Shown piece by piece: positions 12,239 through 25,006 of a stretch of DNA of 44,660 nucleotides. A model generated the notes under the pieces. That model saw only the letters and a list, made by a program, of their open reading frames with translations. It did not search any database and was not told the DNA's origin. The first letter of the stretch is position 1, and each line of letters begins with the position of its first letter. The position numbers and the translations under genes are program-made. This DNA is from Octopus bimaculoides (taxonomy: Eukaryota), in assembly GCF_001194135.2 (NCBI RefSeq), contig NC_068983.1, positions 106,676,683-106,721,342 on the forward strand, read 5' to 3'.

Positions 12239-12532
12239 TGTGAATGTCTGTGTGTGTATACGTATGTGTATGCATGTGGATATGTGTTTGTGCCTCCTTA
12301 TCCTAGTGTTTCGTGATAGCTGTAAATGAGTGTCATACAAGCGGTGTCTTTCAATACGAATCTTCCACAAAAACATGTTTGGTCATGAAGAAATATTACC
12401 TTGCTTGGAAACAATTGGAAGTTGGTGACAGGAAGGACTAGAATATCTACCTTCAATGAATTCCATCTTACCTATGCATAGGTGGAAAAGGGAATATTGA
12501 GACAATGATGATGATATATGTAAACATATGTA

Positions 12533-12579
<47 letters not shown>

Positions 12580-12699
12580 GTGTGTGTGTGCGCGCGTGTT
12601 TGTGTGTGTGTGTGTGTGTGTGTGTGGTATATGTGTATGTGCATGTGCATTGTATGTATTTATGAATATTGATAGAAAGATATCCTGTAATTATTCAAA

Positions 12700-12945
12700 A
12701 TGCTTTGGATGGAAGTGATGCTGAAATCTTATCTTTTCATTCAGGTTAATCAAGTCTGCTTCAAAGTTTTCAAGATCCTTTATCTGAGGTTGACATTTCT
12801 GCGATTTGGTGTCAAATTTATCTACACATATGCTCGTAGTCACATTCTTGAAAAAGTAAGCCCTTGAGCGCATACTTTCTCCAATAAGATGTGTTATATA
12901 ATGCTTCATTGAAAACATATAGTTGTTCTTCAGTGAGTATAGAAA
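12700..12945 (-). mobile_element. Penelope-like element N-terminal fragment (same type as 4040-5450)
   Basis: Open reading FLYSLKNN...MRSRAYFF...KSQKCQPQIKDLENFEADLINLNEKIRF resembles the recalled N-terminus YSLKNIP...RMRWKAYFF...PPQIKELENFENDL of YRDDG-type PLEs. Confidence 0.75.
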
Positions 12946-13117
12946 TGATCAACTCTTTATCTGTTTGTTCTTCATCTATAGATAGGGTTCTACAATGTAT
13001 GAAGAAGTTAGACTGATAGAAGTACATATAAAAGGTAAAAAAAAAAAGGTGTTGAGCATATATTGTGGAGATAGAATGTATTTATTAACAAATTTGTATT
13101 ACTAAAAAGTTTCACAG

Positions 13118-13209
13118 ATGCAGAAAGCATGTCTGAACATTCAGGCTCTTCCTTTCTGTGATGAAGCAATCACTGCTTCTGAAAGGAAGTTAATCTCATT
13201 GGATGAAAG
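13118..13209 (+). CDS. Candidate internal exon, unidentified protein (MQKACLNIQALPFCDEAITASERKLISLDE+AG)
   Basis: Acceptor aagtttcacag, donor AG|gtaata, 92 nt; only one frame is open; unique non-repetitive sequence. No homology recognised. Confidence 0.35.
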
Positions 13210-14824
13210 GTAATATTTGAGTCATGTGATGGAATTGGTAAACCAATGAGTACATTTTATAGGAAAGTGACGCTGTCCGTCCGCAATAGAAGTAGTGGCT
13301 CTTGTTTTTGATAGAAACTGCAGGGAAATAAAAGAGAGACTGAGAGAAAGAGGCTTCTTTTCAATTATATTATATCGATGTGGTCAACCTGTTGAAATTT
13401 AATCACAATTCAAGATGTCATCTTTGATTCAGTCATTGTAAATGCAATGTTTATACTTACAAATATGTTAAAATGTATATAATAAGAGAAGAAGAGGGAG
13501 AGATAAAGAGATGCTTTCAAAAACAATGACTGAATCAAGAACAACATCTTGAATTGTAGACTACATCCAAACAATATAATTGAAAAGAAGTCTCTTTCTC
13601 TCTGTGTCTCTTTCCCTTTCATTTTTCTTTTTTGTTTCCTTTCTTTCTGTCTTGTCCTTCTTCCTGTCTGTCTCTCTTTCTCCCTTTCTCCAAAAAAATC
13701 AAAATTCACATCTTGAAATGTCATTTAACATCAACCATTTGTTAGTTAAAGACCATCCCAAAATACATGCTTTCTCCTGTTTTCTTTTTTCTGTCCTCTC
13801 TGTCTTCCTCTCTCTCCTCCCTCCTTTCCTCATTTCTCTTTCGCCTTNNNNNNNNNNNNNNNNNNNNNNNNNNNNNNNNNNNNNNNNNNNNNNNNNNNNN
13901 NNNNNNNNNNNNNNNNNNNNNNNNNNNNNNNNNNNNNNNNNNNNNNNCAAGTGTCTTCTGCTATAGCCCCGAGCCGACCGAAGCTTTGTGATTGAATAGG
14001 CGGAAGTTACTGCCGTGTGTGTATCTGTATCTATATAACATTGATATAATTTTTAAAAATAATATGTTTATAATGGACTTCTGGTAATGCTTGCACAATG
14101 ATATGGCCAGAATGAAGTGTTCATGACTGAGCTACAGTTTATGTGCATGCACAAACACAAGTAGCCTTCTCATTCGAATTTCTTCTTGGCAAACTTCTAT
14201 TAAAGCTTATGTTTCATTGTCTTTTCTTACACTTAATATTCATCATGTATTCATCATTGTTTTTTTTTTAATATTAAATGCACGTTCTGTGAACAACTGC
14301 TTTGCAATATTTCTTATAGCTATCTGCTTTCAATTTTACATTTTCAACTGCTGCATACTTTGCCAGCATTCTACTAAGAATTGCTATTTCATCGCCTGGC
14401 ATACCTACACATGTGTTCCCCCAACCCCAAATTTCCTTTCTCATAACTTCCAGGAAAATGGATATTTTTAAATGAAATTTTCTACCAATACGCTTCAGAT
14501 GATGTAAATCCCAATTATATTGGAATTTGTTGTGAAAACGTTTTTCTGTGGATGGGGAGAGGAACTGTGGAAAATTCACACTAGTTGGCTTTCTTTTCAC
14601 ATAACTTCCTGGAAAATGGATATTTTTTGGTAACATTTTCTACAAATACTTTTCAGAACGTGTAGATTATAATTATATTGGAATTTAATATGAAAAACAA
14701 AAATGTATCCTTAATGTAGTTCTCAGGAAGATTCAGTATGATACAAAGTGTGACAAAGCTGGCCCTTTGAAATACAGGTACAACTCATTTTTGCCAGCTG
14801 AGTATACACTATAGGAATATGTGA

Positions 14825-15490
14825 TACAATGATATCAGTTTTATTCGGCATGATTTCTGCAGCTGGATGCCCTTACTTATGTCAACCATTTTCAGCATGT
14901 GCTGGGTGTTTTTGATGTGGACAAGTATGGGTGCTTTTTACATGGACTATACAAGGGCTCTTGCAAGGCAGAAACCTCTTCAGCTGGTTGAGAAACATTA
15001 AAAATTTTGGTGTGGTGGGTGGGAATTTTTGAGTACAGCAAGGTGCTACATATCTCAGTCTATTAGATATCTCAGTCCATTAGATATCTTGGTCCATCAT
15101 AAGGTTCAGTGTCCTGAGATCAGCCTTCATTATTTCATCCAATGTCATCCTGGCCACCCTCTTTCACTTGTTCCAACCATTGTAAGTAATCAGACCTTCT
15201 TTATGTAGCTGTCTACATCCATCTGCATCACATGACCAAACAAGCGCAATCATCTCTCTTCCATATTGCATCAAATTTCTCTTATGCTTAACTCTTCTCT
15301 CAATACACTAGCACTCTATTGTACATGTACACTTTCATTGCACATCTAGCAGATCATACTTGTTACATTCCCCGCTAGCTTTCAGATATCCTCTACATTC
15401 AGGGCCTATGTCTCACGACTATGTAGCATTGCTGTTCGTATACATGCATCATATAATCTTCCTTTCAATCAGAGACACCTTTGGTTGTCA
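14825..15490 (-). mobile_element. RTE-clade LINE 3' end (ORF C-terminus plus 3' UTR)
   Basis: Decayed LPLLTTKGVS..KGRLYDACIRTAMLHS.ET*ALNVED...SVLREELSIREI...RLRLFGHVMQMD...GTSERGWPRMTLDEIMKADL, followed by catgtaaaaagcaccca...ggttgacataagtaagggcatccagctgcagaaa. Confidence 0.85.
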
Positions 15491-15664
15491 ACAGAGGTAA
15501 AAACTGTAACTGACTGGAATCTGGTACAGCTCTCCTGCTTGACAACTCTGGTCAAACCGTCCAACCCATGCCAGTATGGAAAATGGAAGTTGAATGATGA
15601 TGATTATGTTGATGATATCAAATCAATGTAAAGCATGCTATCTTAGAGATAGCATGTTTGCTCT

Positions 15665-15767
<103 letters not shown>

Positions 15768-16074
15768 TCCCCTGAGAGGGGAATATGTTGGAGAAAATCA
15801 TAATTAACTGATCTGCCTGTATTTTTTTTAGCCAAAGCCCAGAACTTTTCAGCACCCTTTCATATATGATGGGCTCCAATGCAGCTTTTGCCCCAAAATT
15901 ACACTCACAAGGCTTCAGCCACCCTGAGGCATAAGTAAAAGACTTGTCAAGTGAGTTTTACTGTGGAGTTGAACCAAAGACCACATGCCTGTAAAGTGAA
16001 TTTATTCTTCTTAAACCTTACATGCATGTATGCCTGCATATATACACACATATACAGAAACACACAATATATCT

Positions 16075-16115
<41 letters not shown>

Positions 16116-16299
16116 TCTATATAACTGTATGTGTATCTTATGCATATCTATGCATGTATAAGTGTGTGTCTGTGTATGAATGTGTGTGTGTGTATGTATG
16201 TTTGTATGTATGTGTAGTGTACGTATGTTTGTATGTATCAATATACCTTTATATTTATGTGTGTGCGTGTGTATGTATATATATTTTCAGACATGTAGA

Positions 16300-16890
16300 T
16301 ATAAATGTCTGTTAATACATACATACAAACATGCATATACAAATTTATACATCAGCCTACATACACATAGTTTCACACACATACATACATACATGCATAC
16401 GTACATACATACATACACATACACACTTTTGCACATATACACACACATACATATATGCATGCACACACACATGCATATATTCTCTCATATACATACATAG
16501 ATACATACATACACACATGTACAAACATTCTTTCTCTCTCTTTCTCNNNNNNNNNNNNNNNNNNNNNNNNNNNNNNNNNGCACACACACATGCATATATT
16601 CTCTCATATACATACATAGATACATACATACACACATGTACAAACATTCTTTCTCTCTCTTTCTTATACACATACATACATACACAATACATACATACGT
16701 ACATACATACATACACATACACACTTTTGCACATATACACGCACATACATATATGCATGCACACACACATGCATATATTCTCTCATATACATACATAGAT
16801 ACATACATACACACATGTACAAACATTCTTTCTCTCTCTTTCTCACACACATACACACATACATACATACACAATACATACATACATACA
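16300..16890. repeat. Compound (CATA)/(CA) repeat with roughly three longer tandem units across a gap
   Basis: The block cacttttgcacatatac...catgcatatattctctcatatac...gtacaaacattctttctctctc recurs near 16425, 16580 and 16720; may be partly an assembly duplication. Confidence 0.75.
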
Positions 16891-16894
16891 TACG

Positions 16895-17139
16895 AGTGGC
16901 TGTGTGGTAAGTAGCTTGCTTACCAACCACATGGTTCCGGGTTCAGTCCCACTGCGTGGCACCTTGGGCAAGTGTCTTCTACTATAGCCTCGGGCTGNNN
17001 NNNNNNNGGGTTCAGTCCCACTGCGTGGCACCTTGGGCAAGTGTCTTCTACTATAGCCTCGGGCTGACCAAAGCCTTGTGAGTGGATTTGGTAGAGGGAA
17101 ACTGAAAGAAGCACGTAAAAGAGTAAAAGAGTATATATG

Positions 17140-17170
<31 letters not shown>

Positions 17171-17356
17171 CCCCACCATCGCTTGACAACCGATGCTGGT
17201 GTGTGCATGTCCCCGTAACTTAGCGGTTTGGCAAAAGAGACCGATAGAATAAGTACTAGGCTTACAAAGAATAAGTCCTGGGGTCGATTTTCTCGACTGA
17301 AGGTGGTGCTCCAGCATGGCCGCAGTCAAATGACTGAAACAAGTAAAAGAGTAAAG
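16895..17356 (+). mobile_element. tRNA-derived SINE family A, near full length and young, with internal microsatellite
   Basis: A-box-like tggctgtgtggtaag and B-box-like gggttcagtccc; caccttgggcaagtg segment resembling the CORE domain; CpGs retained; about 50 bp duplicated either side of the 10-N gap. Confidence 0.92.
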
Positions 17357-17377
17357 AGTATACATACATACATACAT

Positions 17378-17712
17378 AAGCTTGACTCCATCGGTCACGA
17401 ATGACCATGGGTGCACCTAAGAGGTTCCTCTCCAGGGTACAAGTCCGGGTGGAAAGTCACCTCACCGGTAAATGTACAACCTAGGGTTGTTTTTTCTATG
17501 GAAGACCAGCAGTCACCCATGCATACCAGTCTCCCCTCTCTATGCCACTAATGTTATCCAAATAAAAGGCAAAGGCCGATACAACTTGGCACCAGTGATG
17601 TCGCAATTTATTTCTACAGCTGAGGGAACTGGAGCAACATGAAATAAATTGTCTTGCTCAAGAACACAACACACAGCCTGGTCCAGGAATTGAACACATA
17701 ACCTCATGATCA
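17378..17712 (-). mobile_element. SINE-like element (further family) abutting the truncated Tc1
   Basis: Minus strand begins catgaggttatgtgttcaattcctggaccagg...gtgttcttgagcaagac (B-box-like plus CORE-like); ends gtgaccgatggagtc, similar to the family B 3' end. Confidence 0.65.
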
Positions 17713-18368
17713 TAAGCTTTGTGCAGCTCCCGGCAAACAGTTTTTTGTGGAAACTGAGTTCTCGAAGAGGTCATTAATCTCTGCAGTAATTTTGGGAGCT
17801 GTACATTTGTGATCCTTTCTAACAGTTTGTATAAGAGTCTGATGGTCCCTATCTGAAAGTTTTGGTTTACTTCTGGAATTTTGTTTTGACAAGGAGGTTT
17901 TTCCCTCTTTTCCAAAGGCTGTCATTACTTTCGAGACAGTACTTCTTGATACACCAAATATTTCGGCTGTTTTCGCTACACTAGCGCCTGCCATACGAGC
18001 ACCAACAATTTGACCTCTTTGAAAGTCTAATAGATCTGTCATTTTAATGAATTTTATTTACCTTTTTCTGATGATATCTGAAAAGAAACAGTANNNNNNN
18101 NNNAATATTTCGGCTGTTTTCGCTACACTAGCGCCTGCCATACGAGCACCAACAATTTGACCTCTTTGAAAGTCTAATAGATCTGTCATTTTAATGAATT
18201 TTATTTACCTTTTTCTGATGATATCTGAAAAGAAACAGTAATTTTAGCAAAACATATTAAGTAACACTAATAATAAATAAAAAAAATGTAAAAATAAACA
18301 GGCTTTTGATGGTTTTATAGATATTTCAAAATTATGATGCTATGATGCATTATTTTATCCAACCCCTG
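17713..18368 (-). mobile_element. Tc1-like element 5' half: TIR and N-terminal HTH domain
   Basis: TA-CAGGGGTTGGATAAAATAATG end at 18368; ORF 18042-17710 MTDLLDFQRGQIVGARMAGASVAKTAEIFGVSRSTVSKVMTAF...PKLSDRD...VRKDHKCTAPKITAE. Confidence 0.93.
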
Positions 18369-18404
18369 TATATATACACACACACATACATTCTCTCATA
18401 TATT

Positions 18405-18775
18405 GTGACACTCTGTCGGTTACAACGATGAGTGTTTCAGTTGATCTGATCACTGGAACAGCCTGTTCATGAAATTAACGTGTTAGTGGCTGAGAACTCC
18501 ATAGACATGTGTACCCTTAATGTAGTTCTCGAGGAGGTTCAGCATGACACAGTGTGTGACAAAGATGGCCCTTTGAAATACAGGTATAACAGAAACAGGA
18601 AGAAAGAGTGAGAGAAAGTTGTGGCGGAAGAGTACAGCAGGCTTCTCCCCCTCTGCCGGAGCCTCGTGGAGTTTCAGGTGGTTTGTTAAACTCACAACAC
18701 CCAGTCTGGGAATTGAAACTGCAATCCCACGACCATGAGTCTGCTGCCCTAACCACTGGGCCATTGCATCTCCAC
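18405..18775 (-). mobile_element. SINE family B, full length, inverted
   Basis: Reverse complement of the 1972-2365 element (aaccactgggccattgcatctccac at the right end). Confidence 0.9.
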
Positions 18776-18779
18776 TCTT

Positions 18780-19475
18780 ATTTACATACATACATACACA
18801 CACACACATACATACATTCTCTCTCTCTTTTACTTTCACACACACATACATACATACATACATACATACACACACATACATACGCATATACATACACACA
18901 CACATATACATACATACATACCTACATACGTACATACGTGCATACACACACACACGTACATACAGTCTCTCATTCTCACACACACACACATACATACATA
19001 CATACATACATGCATACACACATACGTACACACTTACACATATACATACACACACATATACATACATACATACATACATACACACATACATACATACATT
19101 ATCTCTTTCTCTCACACACACATACATACATGCATACATACATACTTACATACATACATACATACATACACACCCATACATGCACACAGACATTCACATA
19201 TACATACACACACATATATACCTACATACCTACATACATACATACATACACACACACTTACATACATTATCTCTTTCTCACACACACACACATACATACA
19301 TACATACATACATGCATACACACATACATACACACATACATTCACATATACATACACACACATATATACATACATACCTACATACATACACACACACGTA
19401 CATACATTATCTCTTTCTCACACACACATACATACATACATACATACACACATACATACACACATACATACATAG
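18780..19475. repeat. Higher-order (CATA)/(CA) array punctuated by cattatctctttctc
   Basis: Punctuation motif near 18815, 18965, 19097, 19264 and 19405. Confidence 0.85.
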
Positions 19476-19947
19476 TGTGTTCGTGCACGTGTTCCATTAT
19501 GAACAGAAGAAAAAAATAATGGCAAGATTGGGAAATATGGAATTTAGTATAGAGACATGACTATGTTATTGCACGCATGTGTGACATACAACAATAGTTT
19601 CTTAGGCAAAAATTAGAACAATGGAAACTAAAAATGGTAGCAAGGAATTGAGTGCAATGAAACAAAAAGAAACAAAGAAAGAAAAGAAATAATAAAACAA
19701 CTAAAAGCAATTGTTCACTATAATTATTGTATCAATCCTCTAACAAGAATCGCAGCAGGCTATGATAAGATGTAAGGGAGGTAACTAGTGGTGGACGGAA
19801 AACAATTTGCGTACGTTAATCTACTACAGTCAGTGTGTGACGTCATCTCTGCTTGCTTTTCCACTACGAATTCACCTTGGAACAAACACGCAACAAATGG
19901 TTTATATGCAGAGAGAATTATGGGAGTGATAGAATAAATCCGGGGAA

Positions 19948-19971
19948 ATAATAATAATAATAACATTAATC

Positions 19972-20035
<64 letters not shown>
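19948..20035. repeat. (TAA)n microsatellite
   Basis: Direct reading; another copy at about 33492-33546. Confidence 0.97.
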
Positions 20036-21039
20036 TGATAAAGCAAAAATAAAAAACAAAGAAACAAAGAACGCCATAAATTCATATATATATATATATA
20101 TATATATGCATATANNNNNNNNNNNNNNNNNNNNNNNNNNNNNNNNNNNNNNNNNNNNNNNNNNNNNNNNNNNNNNNNNNNNNNNNNNNNNNNNNNNNNN
20201 NNNNNNNNNNNNNNNNNNNNNNNNNNNNNNNNNNNNNNNNNNNNNNNNNNNNNNNNNNNNNNNNNNNNNNNNNNNNNNNNNNNNNNNNNNNNNNNNNNNN
20301 NNNNNNNNNNNNNNNNNNNNNNNNNNNNNNNNNNNNNNNNNNNNNNNNNNNNNNNNNNNNNNNNNNNNNNNNNNNNNNNNNNNNNNNNNNNNNNNNNNNN
20401 NNNNNNNNNNNNNNNNNNNNNNNNNTATATAATATACTCACTTGTACATATACATACATACATATGTATATATGTATGTAAATAAAATCGTTATGTTTAA
20501 AAATAAGAGGAAAGAGAAACCATGATGATAATAATGGTGTATTACTCAGTCTGTAGGATAAATTTCTTTAGGAGAAGAAAATGAATGGCGGCGTTTATGC
20601 CTTTCCGAAAGAGCTTAATGGCATAAAGGGAAGGAAATAGTTTTAATGAGAGAAATAATTCTTTCTAATAACCATCATGAACATTAATGTTTTTAGGATG
20701 AGAAAAGTATCAAGCTGTGACGTTCATGCTTTTCCCAGCAACATCATGGGTGTTGGTGAATTGAAGGGTTTCGTACTGAAATTAAAACAGAATAAACATC
20801 GACACTACTTTTCATTACGGTTTTCTTAAGTTCACCAAAGGAAGGGAGATTAATATACTATCTTTCCGGCACATTGAAAGACAGTATATATCAATGATAT
20901 TTACTGTATGGATTCTAGTGGTATGAAATGCAAAGCCATTTTAGGTGAGGTTTCTACATAGAACAGAATTCTGAGAGGTTCTTGGTTTGCTGTTATAACA
21001 TTTCTGATAAACTACCTGACCTATTTATGAATAATCGTT

Positions 21040-21215
21040 TCTAACATAGCCACAAGGCCAGATATTTTTGGGGAGGGGTTAGTCGATTAAATCGACCCCA
21101 TTACTTCAATGGTTCTTTATTCTATTGACTCTGTGAAGATGAAAGGCAAAGTTGACCCCAGCGGAATTTGAACTCATAACATAAAGGGATGTAACTAAAT
21201 ACCACATGGCCTTTT
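21040..21215 (-). mobile_element. SINE family C, diverged
   Basis: Reverse complement contains gagttcaaattccgctggggtcaactttgcctttcatc...ggggtcgatttaatcgactaa; homologous to 39621-39851. Confidence 0.75.
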
Positions 21216-22829
21216 GTCTGACACTAAAGAATTTGCCAATAGTGTAAGGATGTTTTTTTTTTTACCATTATGAGGTGGACAAAATGACTGGCATTTATTT
21301 GTTCTGGGTTTCTGCCCTCAGTGTTCAATTCCTGCTGAGGCAAACTTTGCCTTTTATCCTTCCAGGGTTGATAAATAAAGTAACAGTCTTAGGCAGGTGA
21401 ATGATAGAATTTCTAGTGTTAGACAATAAGCCTTGTTGTATCTGTGCTATCACCTCATGTTCTGATGACAACAGCTGTGATGATGTTCTTGCCAGGCTGT
21501 ACCAGCCCTTGACATCAGCCTTGTACAACATTACTGAAAAAGAAGACACCTATATGTATAGGCAATTGCTGCTTTTCCATTAAAATAAACCTTTCCTAGG
21601 CCTACAAACTGGAGAGGACATTTATAGGCATTGATCATTTTCTCACAATACATATAGAGGCCCTTTGAATAAGGATTTCTTACGTTGGCAAAAGGGCCAC
21701 AAATTTGTAGGGAAGGCAAAGCAGGGCAATGTATAGTCACTTAAACCAACAGAGAAGTGAATAGTAGAATCAAAATTGGTTGGAATTGAATATAGAATGT
21801 AGAGGAATAAATTCAAAATACCGTAAGGCATTTAGTCTGTTACCAACAACACAAAGAGTCCTATTGTGAGTTGAATTAACTTCAGTATATTACTGTTATC
21901 TATTTTACTGTACGAAGCCTTATTTTGTCAGCCTGATTATGGGTCTTTAAGGTGGATTTGTCACAAATATTTTTGGAGGAGGAAGGACCATAGTGAATTC
22001 AGTCAACCCTGCTATCTGATTTGTACTTATTTATTTTATTGACCCTGGTGGGAAGTAAGACAATATTATGTCTGGTGGGATTTGAACACATAAACATTGA
22101 GTTATCAATTAGCAATATATAGAATTTATTTCTACCACTTTACTTACCACTTCATTAATGATAATAACAATAATAATAACAATAATTTTTATATTTCTCA
22201 TGCAAAGATGCACACACACAAACTCACATATACAAGCATACATATGCACATATACACAATCATGCACAAATAATTAATTTTCTTTTTATAGATAAAAATG
22301 TAATATTGAGGAATTTATGAAGTTCATGCCTTTCTGAAAAATTGAAAGAAAAAGCAACCTTAAACTCTTTCAAATAAAAATGAAAATAAAAAATATTTGA
22401 TTGCTGCAAAAGACACCTCCCCTAACTCTACCAAAAAATAAAAAAAGAAATCAAAAAATAAATATGAAGAAAAACAGGAAAAAAAAAACAACTCTATATA
22501 TAAAAAATATACCCGCAGTAACAAGGAACACAAAATAAAACAAAACAGTTATAGACAGAAAACGAAAGAAAGGAAAAAAGAGAAAGAAAGAAGGAAGGAA
22601 GAGGAGAAAACGAAAGTGAAAGTATGATATGAGCTGTATATATTTGTGTGGTGTATGTTAATATGTTAAGAGTGGTATGATGGGCTGGAATACTACTGCT
22701 GCGTTTTTCTTTAGACTAGCAGGTGTAGAGTTTAAGTGGCCGACTTTAATAGTGTGTTAGGTTGGCACTGGATAGAGTTGTAGATTGTCTGCTAGATCAC
22801 TGAATATTAGCCACAGTTCATGTTTGCTT

Positions 22830-22883
22830 ATAGTAGTGGTATGATGGGTGGTAGTAGTAGTAGTGGTAGTAGTAGTCGTAGTC

Positions 22884-22914
<31 letters not shown>

Positions 22915-23194
22915 CTGGTAGTGGTGGTGGTGGTTGGTGGTTGTGGTTATGGTAGTTGTAGTGGTTGTAATTGTGGTGGTTGTGCTTCTGGTGGTTGTAG
23001 TGGTCGTTGTGGTTGTGTTAGTTGTGGTGGCTGCAGTGGTAGTGGTTGAGGTGATGGTGGTAATGGTGGTTGTGATGGTTGTGATGGTTGTGGTGGTGGT
23101 GGTGGTGGTGGTGGTTGTGGAGATGATGGTTGTGGTGGTCGTGGTAGTGGAGATGATGGTGGTTTTGATGGTTGTGGTAGTGGTGGTTGTGGAG
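22830..23194. repeat. (GTA)n/(GTG,GTT,GAT)n trinucleotide low-complexity tract running into a gap
   Basis: Direct reading; explains the poly-V and poly-T ORFs. Confidence 0.92.
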
Positions 23195-24091
23195 NNNNNN
23201 NNNNNNNNNNNNNNNNNNNNNNNNNNNNNNNNNNNNNNNNNNNNNNNNNNNNNNNNNNNNNNNNNNNNNNNNNNNNNNNNNNNNNNNNNNNNNNNNNNNN
23301 NNNNNNNNNNNNNNNNNNNNNNNNNNNNNNNNNNNNNNNNNNNNNNNNNNNNNNNNNNNNNNNNNNNNNNNNNNNNNNNNNNNNNNNNNNNNNNNNNNNN
23401 NNNNNNNNNNNNNNNNNNNNNNNNNNNNNNNNNNNNNNNNNNNNNNNNNNNNNNNNNNNNNNNNNNNNNNNNNNNNNNNNNNNNNNNNNNNNNNNNNNNN
23501 NNNNNNNNNNNNNNNNNNNNNNNNNNNNNNNNNNNNNNNNNNNNNNNNNNNNNNNNNNNNNNNNNNNNNNNNNNNNNNNNNNNNNNNNNNNNNNNNNNNN
23601 NNNNNNNNNNNNNNNNNNNNNNNNNNNNNNNNNNNNNNNNNNNNNNNNNNNNNNNNNNNNNNNNNNNNNNNNNNNNNNNNNNNNNNNNNNNNNNNNNNNN
23701 NNNNNNNNNNNNNNNNNNNNNNNNNNNNNNNNNNNNNNNNNNNNNNNNNNNNNNNNNNNNNNNNNNNNNNNNNNNNNNNNNNNNNNNNNNNNNNNNNNNN
23801 NNNNNNNNNNNNNNNNNNNNNNNNNNNNNNNNNNNNNNNNNNNNNNNNNNNNNNNNNNNNNNNNNNNNNNNNNNNNNNNNNNNNNNNNNNNNNNNNNNNN
23901 NNNNNNNNNNNNNNNNNNNNNNNNNNNNNNNNNNNNNNNNNNNNNNNNNNNNNNNNNNNNNTATATATATATATATATATATATATGTAAATGTATATAT
24001 AAATGTGTGTCTGTACACACACACATGCACACACACACACGCACACACACACACATATATACATACATATATATGTAAATTTATATATAAA

Positions 24092-24124
<33 letters not shown>

Positions 24125-24216
24125 ATATGTATGTATGTATCTAAGTAGATGGATAGATATATAGATAAATACATAGATAGGTAAATATATAAGTACACAC
24201 ACACATGTATATATGT

Positions 24217-24248
<32 letters not shown>

Positions 24249-24545
24249 TTAAGCACAAATTTAAACTCAGTGTCTCTAGGGCTACATTATACAATGTATC
24301 TGTCTTATTTTAAAGATAACAGGAGGTGATTTGAGGTAAATTAGTTGGTTGCTATTTCTAGGAAGTCAAGCAATCATGTAAAGGCTTCCTCATGGGCTTT
24401 GAAGGTGGTAGTTATTCTTGCAGTTGTTCAACTCCAAATTAGACATGAAAGAGAAGACCATTCCAACTCTGACCATTCTGATTTTTTTTTTTTGTGTGTG
24501 TAGGGAAGACAAAAAACATATTATCCAATGTATCTTTTATAAAGA

Positions 24546-24935
24546 GTGGAGGCGCAATGGCCCAGTGGTTAGGGCAGCGGACTCGCAGTCATAGGATCGC
24601 GGTTTCGATTCCCAGACCGGGCATTGTGAGTGTTTATTGAGCGAAAACACCTAAAGCTCCACGAGGCTCCGACAGAGGATGGTGGCGAACCTTGCTGTAC
24701 TCTTCCACCACAACTTTCTCTCACTCTTACTTCCTGTTTCTGTTGTGCCTGCAATTCAAAGGGTCAGCCTTGTCACACTGTGTCATGCTGAATATCCCCG
24801 AGAACTACATTAAGGGTACACATGTCTGTGGAGAGCTCAGCCACTTGCACGTTAATTTCAAGAGCAGGCTGATCCGTTGATCGGATCAACTGGAACCCTC
24901 GACGTCGTAAGTGATGGAGTGCCAACAACAACAAC
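24546..24935 (+). mobile_element. SINE family B, full length
   Basis: Aligns along its whole length to 1972-2365 with scattered substitutions; (CAA)n tail. Confidence 0.92.
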
Positions 24936-25006
24936 TTTTATAAAGAAGTAAGATGTAATTTGAAAGATTTGGCTGCTGTTTCTAACAGAATAATGACCAT
25001 TTAGAG

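Noticed and set aside
17953-18240. Tandem duplication inside the Tc1 5' region (also 16945-17067 in SINE A)
   Set aside because: Identical copies sit either side of 10-N gaps, the signature of unmerged contig overlaps.
22828-23194. Thr-rich mucin-like ORF (minus) and poly-Val ORF (plus)
   Set aside because: Trinucleotide low-complexity tract grading into (GTA)n; no splice or domain support, although the gap hides the rest.
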